Shown here piece after piece: positions 1-13,399 of a DNA stretch of 64,000 nucleotides. Location of the stretch: NCBI GenBank assembly GCA_013265495.1, contig MU058781.1, positions 1,034,963 through 1,098,962 on the forward strand, in the 5' to 3' direction. The notes beneath the pieces are model-generated. The model saw only the letters and a list, made by a program, of their open reading frames with translations. It was not told the DNA's origin and made no database searches. The DNA is from Vicugna vicugna. Lineage: Eukaryota. The number at the start of each line of letters is the position of its first letter. Position 1 is the stretch's first letter. Position numbers and translations under genes: made by a program.

Positions 1-730
1 GCTAGACTGAAAGATGCAGAGTATGACCAGAGAAAAAGAGGGGCGTTTCATAACGATTCAAGGGAAAAAGCAACAATCGTAAAGGCATGTGCTGTAATAA
101 TAAAGCTTCCGGACACACAAAAGAACACCTGGCAGAACTAAAGAGACAAGCCCACAGTCATACTTGGGGCATTCAGTAATTGCAAAAGACTCCCCAAAAT
201 CAGTAAAAATGTAGAAAATTTTAAAAGTGCTTTCAAACAACTAGACCTACTTGACATGTATAGAACATTATACCCAATAATAGTGTAACGTGCTGTCTTC
301 TCAAGGGTACATGGGAACATTCAGTAAAAACTGACCATAATCTGGGCCTAAAAACAAAATACAGCAAATGTCGACAAAGACTAACGTAACGCAGAGTATC
401 TTCTCTGATCACAACAGGATTAAATTAGAAATCAACAACAGAAAGATCTCTAGAAGAACTGCCCGAATATTCGGAGATTAAACAGCAGGATTCTAGAGAA
501 GCCACTGGTCAAAGGACAAATTGGAAAATATGTTGAACTAAATAATAATCAAAGGGTAACATGACCGAATTCGTGGAATACAGCGAAGAAATACAGAGTA
601 GAAAATTTATAGCATTCAAAGTCTACCTTGTAGGGAGTACATATGAAATATAAGATCAGTGATGTATGTTTTCACCTTAAACCTTAAAGAAGTGATAAAG
701 CAAGTTAACCCCAAAGTGAGCAAATACAGG
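1..730 (+). mobile_element. Old L1 ORF2 endonuclease-region fragment (resumes at about 1160-1270)
   Basis: Diagnostic L1 motifs such as ctagacctacttgacatgtatagaaca and ttctctgatcacaacaggattaaattagaaatcaacaac; frame disrupted. Confidence 0.85.
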
Positions 731-1141
731 TGTCCTGAAGAAGAGCCTGACTCCTTTTTTGATGCCTGACTGCTGACAGCTTTCAAGTCTGACCCTCCTG
801 TGGGCCTCGCCTCCTCCACAGGTGGCCACGCTGATAAAAAGCCTAGGCACTCCCTGCCTTGGTGCCAGCGGGGGGTTCAAACCATGCAAGCACCTGCTGC
901 CTGTGGCGACTTCGCCCTGGCCCCGCCACCCAACCACAATAAAAGCCAAGCTGTCTCGTCCCCTCACTCCCTCAAGCTGTTCTGGACTCACTGGTGAGCC
1001 TGTCCTGCTCTCCCCAGAAAGCCTCATTCCGTGAGTAGTAAGCCTTATCCTATGCTCTTAGTGTGTGTGTATGGGACCATCTGTCTTCCCAGCTGAAGTC
1101 ATTTTGGGGTGGGGTTAGGATCCGTTGCACATGGCATCACA
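731..1141 (+). mobile_element. ERVL-class solo LTR (MER74/MER54-like) inserted in the L1
   Basis: TG...CA ends, internal AATAAA, and family-like motifs ggttcaaaccatgcaagc and ttttggggtgggg; interrupts the L1. Confidence 0.6.
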
Positions 1142-2674
1142 TCGTGGAGTGATGCGGTAACAGGGAATCACGAAGATAAAGGAAGAAACCAATGAAACAG
1201 AAAATGAACAAATAATAGACAAATCCCCAAAAAGTTAAAAAAAAATTACTTCTGGGAAGATTATGAAGATAGGAAAGGAAACGAACAATTGCTTTAGAAC
1301 GGTACGTGAGGAAGACGGAGGATGTGAAGAGCTGGGGAGAGCGATGACCCACACTCAGGAGGGATTCGCTGGCTTCAGGATCAGGGACACTTTTTTAGCC
1401 TGAAAAGTTGCTTTGCTTTGCATTTTCCTCTGTGTTTTACAATGTAGTGTACACAATGAATCAAAATAACTTTAATGAAATTATTCGGTGCTTCACGTAT
1501 GTAATCATACTGTTTAAATCAGTGTTTCTTAACTGTGGAGGGGGTGTCCCTAACACCTCCATCCCACCACTGTCAAAGCACCTTTTCAGAATCACCTGTA
1601 AGGCTATTTAAGTGATATTTCCGCGGTTCTTTTCATGGGAAAGCCAAAATCCAGACTGCTTGAGTGTTTTTCCCAAGTAATAGGGGGCTAGTCTGAACTT
1701 TGAGGCCCAGAACCCAGAACTCATCCCTCCTAAGGATGGGTCTTCAGAGACTATGTCTCCTTCTCAAAACATAAAAGGTTGATCCTCACCAAGTACAATT
1801 AGAACATTTTATTTATGATCTTATTCTGCCACAAATAAAAAGATTGAAATCAAATAAAAACTGAATTAATTAAAGAGCTGAAAAATAAAAGTGTGTCCAT
1901 GCAATTACAGGCAGCCAAGCACTGCTGAAATTATATAGTCCGTCAGAAGAGAGGTTTGGCAGCCCAAAGGGAAGATATCAATTTTCTTTTCTTTTCGAAG
2001 TTCTGAAAAGGTAACCCTGTGTATTAGTATTCCGAACTGTTACTTAATAGGGTACATTCAGGGCTTTAACCCATGGGTTGCCACATTTGTATTTTCATTT
2101 TCAGCCTTTCCACCAAAGAACCGCGTGGGAGGTGGCTATTAGAGTCATTTGCTCTGCCTGGGGGCTAATTACTCTGTTTGGTTCATTTTTGAAAATATTA
2201 TATTACATCCAAAGGCAAAAAAATTGATGGAGGCTTGTTTCAGGTTTGCTTATGTAATTTTGTACAGATTAAATTAGTTAATCAGAAATCACACTAGCTA
2301 AAATAGGTCTGTTAGTTTCTAAGTTTACAGTGGAAAATTGCTTTTAAAAAAATAATTTAAACGCCATGCTGTTTAAATCTATTTTAATCAATTCTCTCAA
2401 AAGTGAGACTTGAGTGGTTAATGACTCTAAAGGAAAGCCATGAGAAATGAAAGAATCCACAGGTACAGGACTGGAGAAGGCATTCACGTGTGACCTCCTA
2501 CAGCCGCTGCCGCAAAGGATGGAATAAAAGCAACTCTGAGGAGTCAAGGGAAGGGTGAAGGGGCATCTGGGAGCTCAGGTGAAAAGTGAGGGTTACAAGC
2601 TTTCATCTTCAATTTCCTCACCTAACACATGGGGATCATCACACCTATCTCCCATCTATCTCCCACGGTTATGT

Positions 2675-2957
2675 GCAAAAAAAAAAAAAAAAAAAAAAAC
2701 AAAAATTCCTGTCCCAATGCCTGGTACTTAAAAAATTTAAGTTCAATATACAAAAAATTTTTTTATCTTTTTAATTATGGTTCAAAAAAAAAAAAAAAGA
2801 AAGAACAAAAATTCCTGTCCCAATGCCTGGTACTCAATAAATTTAAGTTCAATATACAAAAAATTCTATTATCTATTTATCCGCTATTTATGTATGTATC
2901 TATCTACCTATCTATATAAAGTTCAATATGCAAAAAAATTCTATGATCTATTTATCC

Positions 2958-2960
<3 letters not shown>
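2675..2960 (+). repeat. Tandem duplication of a ~105-bp poly(A)+MIR-like unit, followed by (TCTG)n/(TCTA)n
   Basis: caaaaattcctgtcccaatgcctggtact..aatttaagttcaatatacaaaaaatt occurs at about 2700 and 2806, with a partial third copy at about 2917. Confidence 0.85.
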
Positions 2961-2999
<39 letters not shown>

Positions 3000-3299
3000 A
3001 CTTGTGACCACATCAGTGGGAAATTACTACGGTTCACTAGAGTTTGGGAAGCTGATATCACCGTGGTACTGTTGACTTCACGGTTAGAGATGGCTGAGCG
3101 TTACATGATTTAATAAGGATGAAATTTTGCCACATTTGCTCCATTTATATGTATACATACAAAGACTGAAAAATTTCAAGGTAATTTAAAGACATTTTGA
3201 CATTTCACCATTAAACACTGCAGTATGTATCTCTTAAAAGGGGGGTATTTTCTTCATAATCATAATGTCACTATGACACATTACAAAATTAGCACTTTT

Positions 3300-4915
3300 T
3301 AAAAAATAGACTTCACTTTTCAGAGTTTTATTTTCCCAGCAAAATTGAGCAGAAAACACAGCGTTTCCGTGTATCTTCTGCCCCGCTCACTCACAGCCTC
3401 CCCACTATCAACACCCCTCAACAGAGCGGGTTACTTCTCAGAACTGATGAGTCTACACTGACACATTATTATCACCAAAGTACGGAGATGTCCTTAATCC
3501 CACATGTGCAACTCCCCTCCCCACCCTCACACACACTTTCCTTACCATCAACATTTGAACATCCATGGACACAACAGTTTTCCAAAGTCCACAGTTCACA
3601 TCATGGTTCACTCTTGGTGTACATTTTATGGTTTTAAACAAATGTATTAATGACAAGTACCACCATCACAGTATTAAACGGAATAGTTCAACTGCCCCAA
3701 AAAGTCCCTGTACTCTGCCTACTCATTCATCCCTCCCTCCCACCAAATCCCTGATGTTTTCTACTGCCTCCCTATTCTGCCTCTTCCAGAATGTCATATA
3801 GTTGGAAATATTACAGAGCCCTTTCAGATTGGTTTCTTTCACTTAGTAATATACATTTAAGTTTCCTTCCTGTCTTTTCATGACTTAGCAGTTCCTTCTT
3901 TTCAGTGCTAAATAATATGCCATCGTTTGGATGAACCACAGTTTATCCACTCACCTAATGAATTACATGTTCATCGCTTCCAAGTTTTGGCAACTGTGAA
4001 TAAAGTTGCTATAAACATTCTACAGGCAGATTTTTGTGTAAACATAAGTTTTTTTTTAACTCATTTGGGTAAATATTGAGGACAGCGATTGCAGGACATT
4101 ATGGTAAGAGTATTTTAGTTTTGTTAAGAAACTGCCAAACTGTCTTCCAGAGTGGCTGTACCATTTTTGTACTCCTGTCAGCAGTGAATGACAGTTCCTG
4201 CTGCTCCACATCCTCACCAGCATTCGATGTCAGCAGTGTTTGGCCAGTCTAATATGTATGTAGTGGTATCTCATTGCTGCTTTAGTTTACATTTTCCTAG
4301 TGAGATATGATACAGAACATCTTTTAATACACCTATGATGTTGTCTGTTTTCTTACTGTTGAGTTTTAAGAGTTCGCTGTGTATTATGGAGAGCAGTTCT
4401 TTATCAGGTACGTCTTTTACAAATATTTTCTCCTAGTGTGTTGCTTGTCTCTTCATTCTCTTGGTTTCACCTTCACAGAGCAGAAGGTTTTAATTTTAAT
4501 AAGGGCCAGCTTATCAGTCATTTCTTGCCGGGGTTGTGCCTTTGGTGTTGTACTTGAATAGTTACTGCTGCACTGAGGGTCACCTAGATTTCCTCCTGTG
4601 TTAGCATCTAGTTTTATAGTTTTGCATTTTACACTTAGCCTATGATTCATTCTGAGTTAATTTTTTGTGAGAGATCCAAGGTCTGTATCTAGGTTTTTGG
4701 TTTCTTTTGCGGGGGTTGGTTTTTTTCAGCAAGGGGATGTCCAGTTGTTCCAGAACTATCTGTTAGAAAGACTATCTTTTCTCCATCGAATTTCCTTTGC
4801 TCCTTCATCAAAAATCAGCCGACTATATTTACGTCAGTCTATTTCTGGACTCTCTATCGCGTTCCACTCCTCTGTATGTCCACTTTTTCACCAACATCAC
4901 ACTGCCCGATTACTT
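3300..4915 (-). mobile_element. L1MC-like 3' end (ORF2 tail and 3' UTR)
   Basis: Antisense L1 motifs: aactgccaaactgtcttccagagtggctgtaccatttt, ccacatcctcaccagca, gtccagttgttccag. Confidence 0.88.
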
Positions 4916-5846
4916 TAGCAACACTAATTTTTTAATATCATCTAACACTTTGTCTATATTCATATTTCTTTATTTATCCCCAGAACATGCTGGGAAAAAT
5001 TGTGGGTGTTTTTTGATAAAATTTATTAGTGTGCAAATTTTTAGACCTTAAAAATGAAATCTAACAGTGGAAAAAAAATGACAACAAATTCCAAAAGTTT
5101 TCTGAAAAATATCCCATTATATATGACCAGGACCCAAAGATAGACTGAAGAAATTCACTCTACCATAGAAAAACAAAAGATGTCAATTAAACAATTTTAC
5201 CACTCCAGTGATAATTTTTAAAAAGCAATTTAATCTGATTGAAGGGTAATCAGGACTTCCTAAACTGCTTTTATAACTTCCTGTCAATTAAATCTGAAGT
5301 GCTGCCTCATAACTTATAGGTGTTGTCTTGTCGTCTGATTTACAATTAGCATATTACAAATACATATGGAGAATGGGAATTCATGGTCTTGGCAAGATCC
5401 CTTTTTTAAAGTCATAACATCTCAAGAGTTTCTATGAGAATTGAAAGTACTTGGAACAATGCCTGGCACATGGAAGTGCTGTGGAAGTATCACCTGTAGG
5501 ACAGGAAAAGGTCTTACATTTAGTGTGAATGTCCTCGAGGGTTTCTGTTAAATTTATACATTCTTGGGCTCCTTCCACAGAGATTAGGAGACAGTGAGTC
5601 TGTGCTGGTACCCGGGAACGTGCAGTCTAACTAGCACCTCAGGTATCCTGAGAGGGGTTGATGCACCACATTTAAACAACCAGTGGCATTGGGTTTTGTC
5701 TGAAAAACACATGAAATAACAACAAGAGAGACTTGGTGTATGATGAAAACAAAACAGACAGTATGAGAAAAGTTAAGTGCTCTGCCAAATATCAAGGAAA
5801 TCAATGCACAGCCTTGAAGGTCTACTATGTATAAGACTGTGGTATA

Positions 5847-6053
5847 CAGCGACCCTTGAATGACATGGGTTTGAACTGCTCACTCATATCCTGAATTTTT
5901 TTCAGTAAATACATACCACAGTGCTATACCATCAGAGGTTGGTTGAATCCTAGGATACGGAACCTGGGATCCAGAGGGCTGACTATAAAGTTACACATGG
6001 ATTTTCCATTCCCTGGGGGTCCCCTAGCCCCCACATTATTCAAGGGTCAACTA
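5847..6053. mobile_element. TcMar-Tigger MITE (MER8/Tigger2-like)
   Basis: Terminal inverted repeats cag(c)gacccttgaa ... ttcaagggtcaact, preceded by TA. Confidence 0.75.
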
Positions 6054-6741
6054 TGCTAGGAAACAGGGAATTGGGACAAAGACATAAAATACAAAATTCT
6101 GTGTGTGTGTGTGTGTGTGTACATGTAAACAAGGTGATCCCTTCCCTTACAGCCTCTGCTGCTCCACAGGGGTCCCAAGGCACAAACTTTTGAAAATGTA
6201 AGTAACCATAACACAGTAAAGGGGCAATGAAAAATAATCATGTAAAAAAAATAAATATTTATTCTTTCAGGAAACCATACAATGAGTTGTTTTTTAATGA
6301 GACTAGTTTTAAAGAAAGTGTGATTTGCCGTCTTCTGAGTGTTGTTTCTAACTGGAACTGAGAAGTTGGCTTTATGGAAAATAATAATAATATTGCAGGG
6401 TTCATGCCCTTAACCTTCATTCATATGAAAAATGCAATGAAATACAGTACAGAATATTTTTGCAGAATATTTTTTCAAAATCAACTGATGATAGAGATAG
6501 ACTGATATTTAGTTGACTGGACATTTATAGGTGTGGACATATATAGATATAAATTATTTTTATTTTTATTAGTCATTAATTTGAAATGTTTAATTAAAAC
6601 ATATACTATTTCTTCATACAGAAGAAATACAAAACCAGAGGAATCTCAAGGAAATGGCCCAATTTTAAGCGATCTAAACAGGAAGCTGTGGAGTGCTCTC
6701 CATTATTAAATGGGAAAAATCATTCAAAATGAAAACTAACT

Positions 6742-7108
6742 GCAAATCAAAACTACTGTAAGATACTACCTCACACCAGTCAGAATGGGCCATTCATCAA
6801 AAAGTCTAAAAGCAATAAATGTTGGAGACAGTGTGGAGAAAAAGGAACCCTCCTACACTGTTGGTGGGAATGGAATTTGGTGCAGCCACTATGGAGGACA
6901 GTATGGAACTTCCTTAAAAAACTAAAAGTGAACTTACCATATGATCCAGCAATCTCATTCCTGGACATATATCTCGAGAAAAATATAATTCAAAAAGACA
7001 CATGCACCCCAATGTTCACAGCAGCACTATTTACAACAGCCAAGACATGGAAACAACCCTAATGTCCATGACTGAATAAAGAAGATACGGTGTGTGTGTG
7101 TATACACA

Positions 7109-7143
<35 letters not shown>

Positions 7144-7560
7144 GATGGAATACTATTCAACCATAAAAAAGAATAAAATAATGCCACCTGAAGCACTGGA
7201 TGGACTTGGAGATCATCATTCTAAGTGAAGTAAGCCAGAAAGAGAAAGAAAAATGCCATATGACATCACTTATATGTGGAAATCTAAAAAAAAGGACACA
7301 AATGAACTTATCTACAAAACAGAAACAGACTCACAGACATAGAGAACAAACTTTCAGTTACCAGTGGGTAAAGCGGGTGGGAAAGGATAAATTGGGAATT
7401 CGAAAACTGCACCTCTTGGGGAGTGACAGAAACGTTAGCTGTCTTGAGTGTGGTGGTGGTTTCATTGGTGTAGACATCTATCAAAATTCATCAAATTGTA
7501 CATGTGAAATATGTGTAGTTTACCACACAGGAACTACACCACAATAAACGTTTTTTCTAA
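6742..7560 (+). mobile_element. L1 3' end, relatively young, with internal (TG)/(CA) microsatellite; joined to an older L1 tail
   Basis: ORF2 C-terminal peptide [25 protein letters not shown]...TCTPMFTAALFTTAKTWKQP; L1 3' UTR motifs. Confidence 0.9.
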
Positions 7561-9039
7561 AAAAAATGAAAACTAAATAAAAAGTGTGTCTTTTAAAGCA
7601 ATGTTGTTTCCAGGCATTACATAAAGTTTCTCAGCAGTTTCTCAGAAGCTGCTGGTTCTCTTGAGGACTGTTTGTCTTTGCTCTAATTACATCTGCTTTA
7701 CAGATCATATCCCCGATCCTGTCATCAAATCATCGAACGACCTTGGGATAGTTTCTTACAAATGCCTCAGTTTCTCTGTTTACAAAATGAGGGCAGTAAT
7801 TCTAGGCACCTTTATACTTCGCTGATGGATTTCACAGATTAATGAGTCATGAAAGCTTTGAGGTTCTCTGATCAAAGGCACTGTATAACTACAAAGAATT
7901 GTTATTATTTACCAGCAGCTCCTTTTTATTGTGCCACTAATGAGCATTGTGGTCAGCAAACTTATTAGAGGAAAAAAATAGGAGGTAAAAGTTAAGAAGG
8001 CTAGTTCTCTCCATATTCAGATATAATTCTTGTTACTATTTATTGTTGTTATGCAGACATATTGAAAATGAGGTTTCCTGCAGTCTAACAGTTCCTGCTG
8101 CAGAGTCTTTGTAAATATACCCAACTAAACATCCTGGGTTAAGAGACTTGAGCATCCTGGCATTTTCCTTGGATTTGTGCAAATTCTACATAGAACTCAT
8201 ATTTCAACCAACTTGGTGGATAGGACACAGCATCAAAATGTTCTCGTTAAGATTTTTTTTCTCATATATCTCCTTTTTTTTCATTTTAGTGATCCTTAAG
8301 CAATTGCACTGACAAATCATCCTCTCTCTCACACAGACACACACACACACAAACACACGCACATATACAAATTTCACCTCACTTTTCCTTGGATTATTTC
8401 ATTAAGTAATCCAAATTTTCACTTATAGAAACCAAGAGTCAAACCACTGGTTTTGCTAGAAATTTTCAATTACATGACTATAAATTTATTTTCTGTTTCT
8501 TCTCAAACAATGTTCCATTCTATATTCTAACAGATTAAACACTCAAAGTGAGCCACCTTAACAGCAAAAATTGGTACGTGTTCAGCACATACTTTGAAAA
8601 GATTTCATCCTTTCCAAATTGATAGATGGCACAGAATTATTACGGTACAAGTCAGATTTCAAATGATCGAAGAGAAGTTTCTAAATATTAGCAATGAAAC
8701 AAGCAATTTTATTTTACTTTTGTTGCCCCTCAAAGTGCATGTCAAAAATCTTTTTCCAGGAATGTCTGGAAGCACTCTGGGTCTCTGATAGGCAGGAAGA
8801 ACAACTTCTCAGAGCCTTGGCAGCCCACCCATCTCCGAGCAGCATGCTTTCTCAGCCCCAGGCTCCTTTCCCATCCAAAGCTCTATCCTGAAATAAACGA
8901 AGCACTCAGCCACCAGAAGCTCTTTCGGCTGAAACATTTGTGAAACAAGTACATTCCTCAGTACTCAGGGTAAATGAATTTTTCATGAGCTAAGATCTAT
9001 GTAGAAAAGTTTTCATGAAAATCTAGCATTTTTTAAAGA

Positions 9040-9423
9040 GTACTAAGAACTGAATTGTGCTCCCTGAAAATTCCTGTGGGCTTAAGCCCTAACCCCCAGT
9101 GTGATTGTCATTGGAAAGGGGGCCTTCGGGAGATAATTAGTTCTTCATGAGGCTGTGAGGGTGGGAGCCCTATGATGGGATTAGTGCCCTCCCTCGTAAG
9201 AGACACTGGAGAGCATGTTTCCTCTCTCTCTTTCCCTGCCATGTGAGGGCACAAGGAGAAGGCCACTGTCTGCAAGCCAGGAGAGGGTTCTCTCCAGAAA
9301 TCAACCCTGCTGGCACCCTGATCTCAAACTTCCAGCTCACAGAACTGTGAAAAAAACAAATGTCCGTTGTCTAAGCCATCCCATGTATGGTATTGTGTTC
9401 TGGCATTTAGAGCTGAAGAATAC
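9040..9423 (+). mobile_element. MaLR MLT1A-like solo LTR
   Basis: gaactgaattgtgc..., gccatgtgagggcaca, ctgctggcaccctgatctcaaacttccagc...agaactgtga. Confidence 0.85.
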
Positions 9424-10254
9424 AGAGGGCAGTACCAACATGTAGTAGTGACTATCCCATGGTTTGCTCTGTTTAGTATCATATGACAATTCTAATTGGA
9501 TTTCTGACCTTATAAAAACATTAATTTTGACATGAATGGCTGGGATTTTTTGCAATTATTCATTTATCCAATATGTTATGTTTCAAATGCCCATTCAATA
9601 AATATCTACTTAACAAACATTGTACTCCAGGCTGGGTGTTGAGTAAAAAGACACACAAACAAACAGGGTGGAAATTTCTAACTTCCAGGAGGGAAGAGCA
9701 TGATCAAGAGATATACCATTTATTCACAGAATGCAAGGAAAGATATGAGAAGAGAAGCGTGAATGACTGAGCTTCCTTGAGGAAATGACGGGAAATGTGA
9801 CCAACCAGAGATTGTGCACAAGAATTTTTTTTTTAATGTGGTATATATTTGGAGAATGACAGTCCTTTTTTTAGGTGGGGAAAGGTATGTAAAGTATGAA
9901 ATCAATGGTAGGTAGGGTGAAGATATTAGTCAAATTTTTTAAATGTTCTGTATTTTCAGAATTCCTTTATGGAATGATTGTTTTGTATTCTTTCTTTCTT
10001 GGAAATTGGCCAGCTTAACTACAAGGAATGCCACTGAGTCTTTAAGCTATTGTAAACATGTCTCAACTTTGTTTTTCTTGGTTTTACCAAATACAAGACG
10101 AAATAATGTTACAAAATATGTGCATCCATCTTCTCTACAGAATAATTTAAAGAATGTCAAAAGCACTTAATTGGCCTTGAATTTCACTCCCTCCAAAATG
10201 TAAAGTGCCAGATGAATGACAGAAAATTTGAACACTGTGAACTACCACTAACAA

Positions 10255-10470
10255 TACAGTGTGAATGGTTAAGACTGTTTAAAGTTGAACCCTGGCTCAG
10301 CAACTTACTAGTTGTAAGACCTTTCCCAAGTCACTCAGCCTCTCTATGCCTCAGTTGCTCTTCTATAAAACAGGCATAATATCACTATCTTCTTAAGGCA
10401 GCCGTGAGGTTAAATTACGCAGTTTCTTAGAACAGTATCAGTAGGTATGCAACGGATGTTGGCTATTATA
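10255..10470. mobile_element. MIR SINE
   Basis: MIR core: caagtcactcagcctctctatgcctcagtt...gtgaggttaaatt. Confidence 0.75.
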
Positions 10471-10484
10471 CCAGCAAAGAGATT

Positions 10485-11092
10485 TTTCTTCTGATTTGGT
10501 GCTCTTTATGTTTTTTCTTACCCAATTGCTCTGGCTGAAACTTCCAGTACCATACTGAATAGAAGTGGTGAGAGTGGGCATCCTTGCCTTGCTCCTGACC
10601 TTAGAGGAAAAGCTCTCAGCTCTTCACCATTGAGTACGATGTTAGGGGTGGGAATGTCATAGATGGTCTTCATTATGTTAAGGTACAATCTTTCTAAACC
10701 TAATTTGTTGAGGATTTTGTGATAAGTGAAATAAAACAGACAATGACAAAATCTGTATGGTATCACTTATATGTGGAATCTTGAAAAAAATTTTAAAAAG
10801 TAGAACTCATAGAAACAGACTAGAATAGTGGTTGCCAAGGAAGAAGGTAAGAGAAATGAGGAGATTCTTGTCAGAGGTGCAGACTTCCAGTTCTAAGTTG
10901 AATAATTTCTGAAGATCTAATGTACAGCATGCTGACTATAGTTAATATTATATTTTACACTTCAAATTTGCTAAGAGAGTAGATCTTAAGCACTCTAAGA
11001 GAAAAACGAACACAAGCATGTACCAAATCATACTGTACACTTCAAATATATTACAATTTTGTCAATTATAACTCAATAAATCTGGAAAAAAT
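10485..11092. mobile_element. L1 insertion with an inverted 5' part (RT fragment, minus) fused to a direct 3' end (plus)
   Basis: 10485-10720 minus encodes RT motif [18 protein letters not shown]; 10721-11092 plus is an L1MA-like 3' UTR ending in aataaa and an A-tail. Confidence 0.8.
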
Positions 11093-13399
11093 AGAGCCTT
11101 TTTCTCTACTCTATGACACAAATATCTCAAAAAGTCATCACAATTGCTTTTTTCTTTTACTATGAAATAATGCTTGTTCTCTTCTTCCCTTTCTCCTTAT
11201 AACATTTGTTAAATATTAATTTACTTTTCTATTTAGTGTAATATTTAAGGAGTGACAGATAAGCTACTACATTGATTAAGTTAAAAAAAAGTTTAGCTCA
11301 TGTAAATGTCTCCAGTGATTTTTAAAAATCCATTTTCCCTCCCAAAAGTTTCCTATACTAACCACAGAATAGAATATAGGTTGCTGGCTTACAGAAAAAT
11401 ATGCTGGTTAATGTTTTAAAGTATCTAACAAAATCCATCTTTTATTTATAGAGATTTTATTATGGATTTTACATTTTTATATTATCTCTAATATTCAAGA
11501 ATCATATTTCAGACTTGACTTTCACTCACACATAAAGTCAGATTTGATTCATGCTCATTGTCAAATGCCAGGCAATTTTAAAGAATTTAGAAAAGTAGGA
11601 TTAGCTGCCAATACATACTGGTAAAGCTTTTCAGAATGTCTCCCTGGAAGATGCTTAATTCAGGCCATCGTGCCTATTCCACCACTTCCTAAATGCTGTA
11701 CTTTATTATTAAAATCAAGATAAAACTTAAAATAATTTCCCCTGACTATCATAGGATATTACACATGAATCATTACAGAAAATCCTTGAAGCATAGTTCC
11801 CTAATTGAATAAGCTAAATGTATGGATTGTTTATATTTAAAATCCAGAGAACCGAATTATCTACCACTGATTAGGGACAGGTACACCACATAAAATACAT
11901 ATTAGGAAATGTCCAGGAAGACGCTGCCTGCTGGTACCTAAAAAGTAAAATGAAATTATTTTATTTCTAATTCAATGCTTATTTGAAAGACAATGTATTG
12001 TTGTTTCCCTGGATTTCCTCTATGATTAAATCTGTTATAACTATGCACTTAATTGATTAGTTTTATTCCTGACTAGATAAGGCTCAGACCAGAGTCATTT
12101 CATGTTTTTCCTACATGCTTTCTAACACCAATGGGATATAAAAAGTCAGCACAAATATTTCTAAAGTAGCTTTGTATACTTGGGCAACTAGACCGCCCTA
12201 TGATAACAGTAAAAATAATATGTTATCATCTGCATGACCCTGGAAATGTGACCCCCTAACTGACCCACAGAGTGTTCCGCATCCGACCACCGCTCTTTGG
12301 TTCTGTCCCTCATAATGTCCTCGTGCCCTGAGGTGCGCTGCTATCTCAGTTACCTTGGACTCTAAATGTCAGCTGTGGTAGCACCCTTCCAAGACAGCTG
12401 CAGAACCAGCCTACCCCATGTGGGCTGATTCATGTGGAATAATAAGGGGTTTCATTAACGACCAGATCTCACAGCCTCCTACCCTCATCATGAGACCTCA
12501 GCCAAATGCAAAATCCTCCTCCAGGTACACCTGGAGGTCCTCCGTAAGCAACCTACCCAAGCAACCACCTAGGCTGCTGCTCCCTGTTGTATCAGGTGTG
12601 ACAGTGGCACTGCTGACATCACTGTCACATCCTGCTAGCTAAGAGTGGACTCCATGAGTGATTTTCTTATCGTTTCACACTGGGCTCATGGGAATTAAGT
12701 GGTGTGGTCCAGCTAGGCTCTGTGACATACCCACCAATACCTAAACCTACACACACACACACACACACACAGACACACACACACACCCCTGGCCCTAGAC
12801 TTGTGGGATTCTCGTATTTTGATTTGAGATAGACAAGGTGACTACATAGAAGAAATGCTTGTCCTCTCTTTGGGGAATCTGAGCATATGATGCTGCATGA
12901 CACATAAGTCAAAGCTACAGGTACAGGAAATGGAAAAGCTATTTCTGAAGTCAATACTGCCCATAGGCTAAAGATTCCCTTGTGTGGCACCAGTTATAAC
13001 AGTTAAAATGCACAAGTGAAGTTCCTTAATGGTGATTTAAGAAAAAACGGGATTATTCACGTATCTATATAGTGCTTCTGCAAATGGGTCCAAGTAGTTT
13101 CTTAATTTTATCCAAATAAGTTTATGCTGGTGTCAAGTTTTATCATAGATACTTCATCACATGCTAGAAATCAGCGCTCTAACATGAAATTTAAAAAGAT
13201 GAAGTGAAACTAAATTCTGTAAGGACTAGGATGGATATTGATTAAAAAATAATGTAAGCTCTGCACGGTACAAAGTATACGAAAAATGAGGGGGAAAGAC
13301 TCAGAAAGTCATGGGTCAAGCCAGAAAGGGGTGTAGACGATGCGCAGGGCTGACTTTTCAACTTGCAATTTTTAAAAGCGAGATTATTTTACATTCCTC

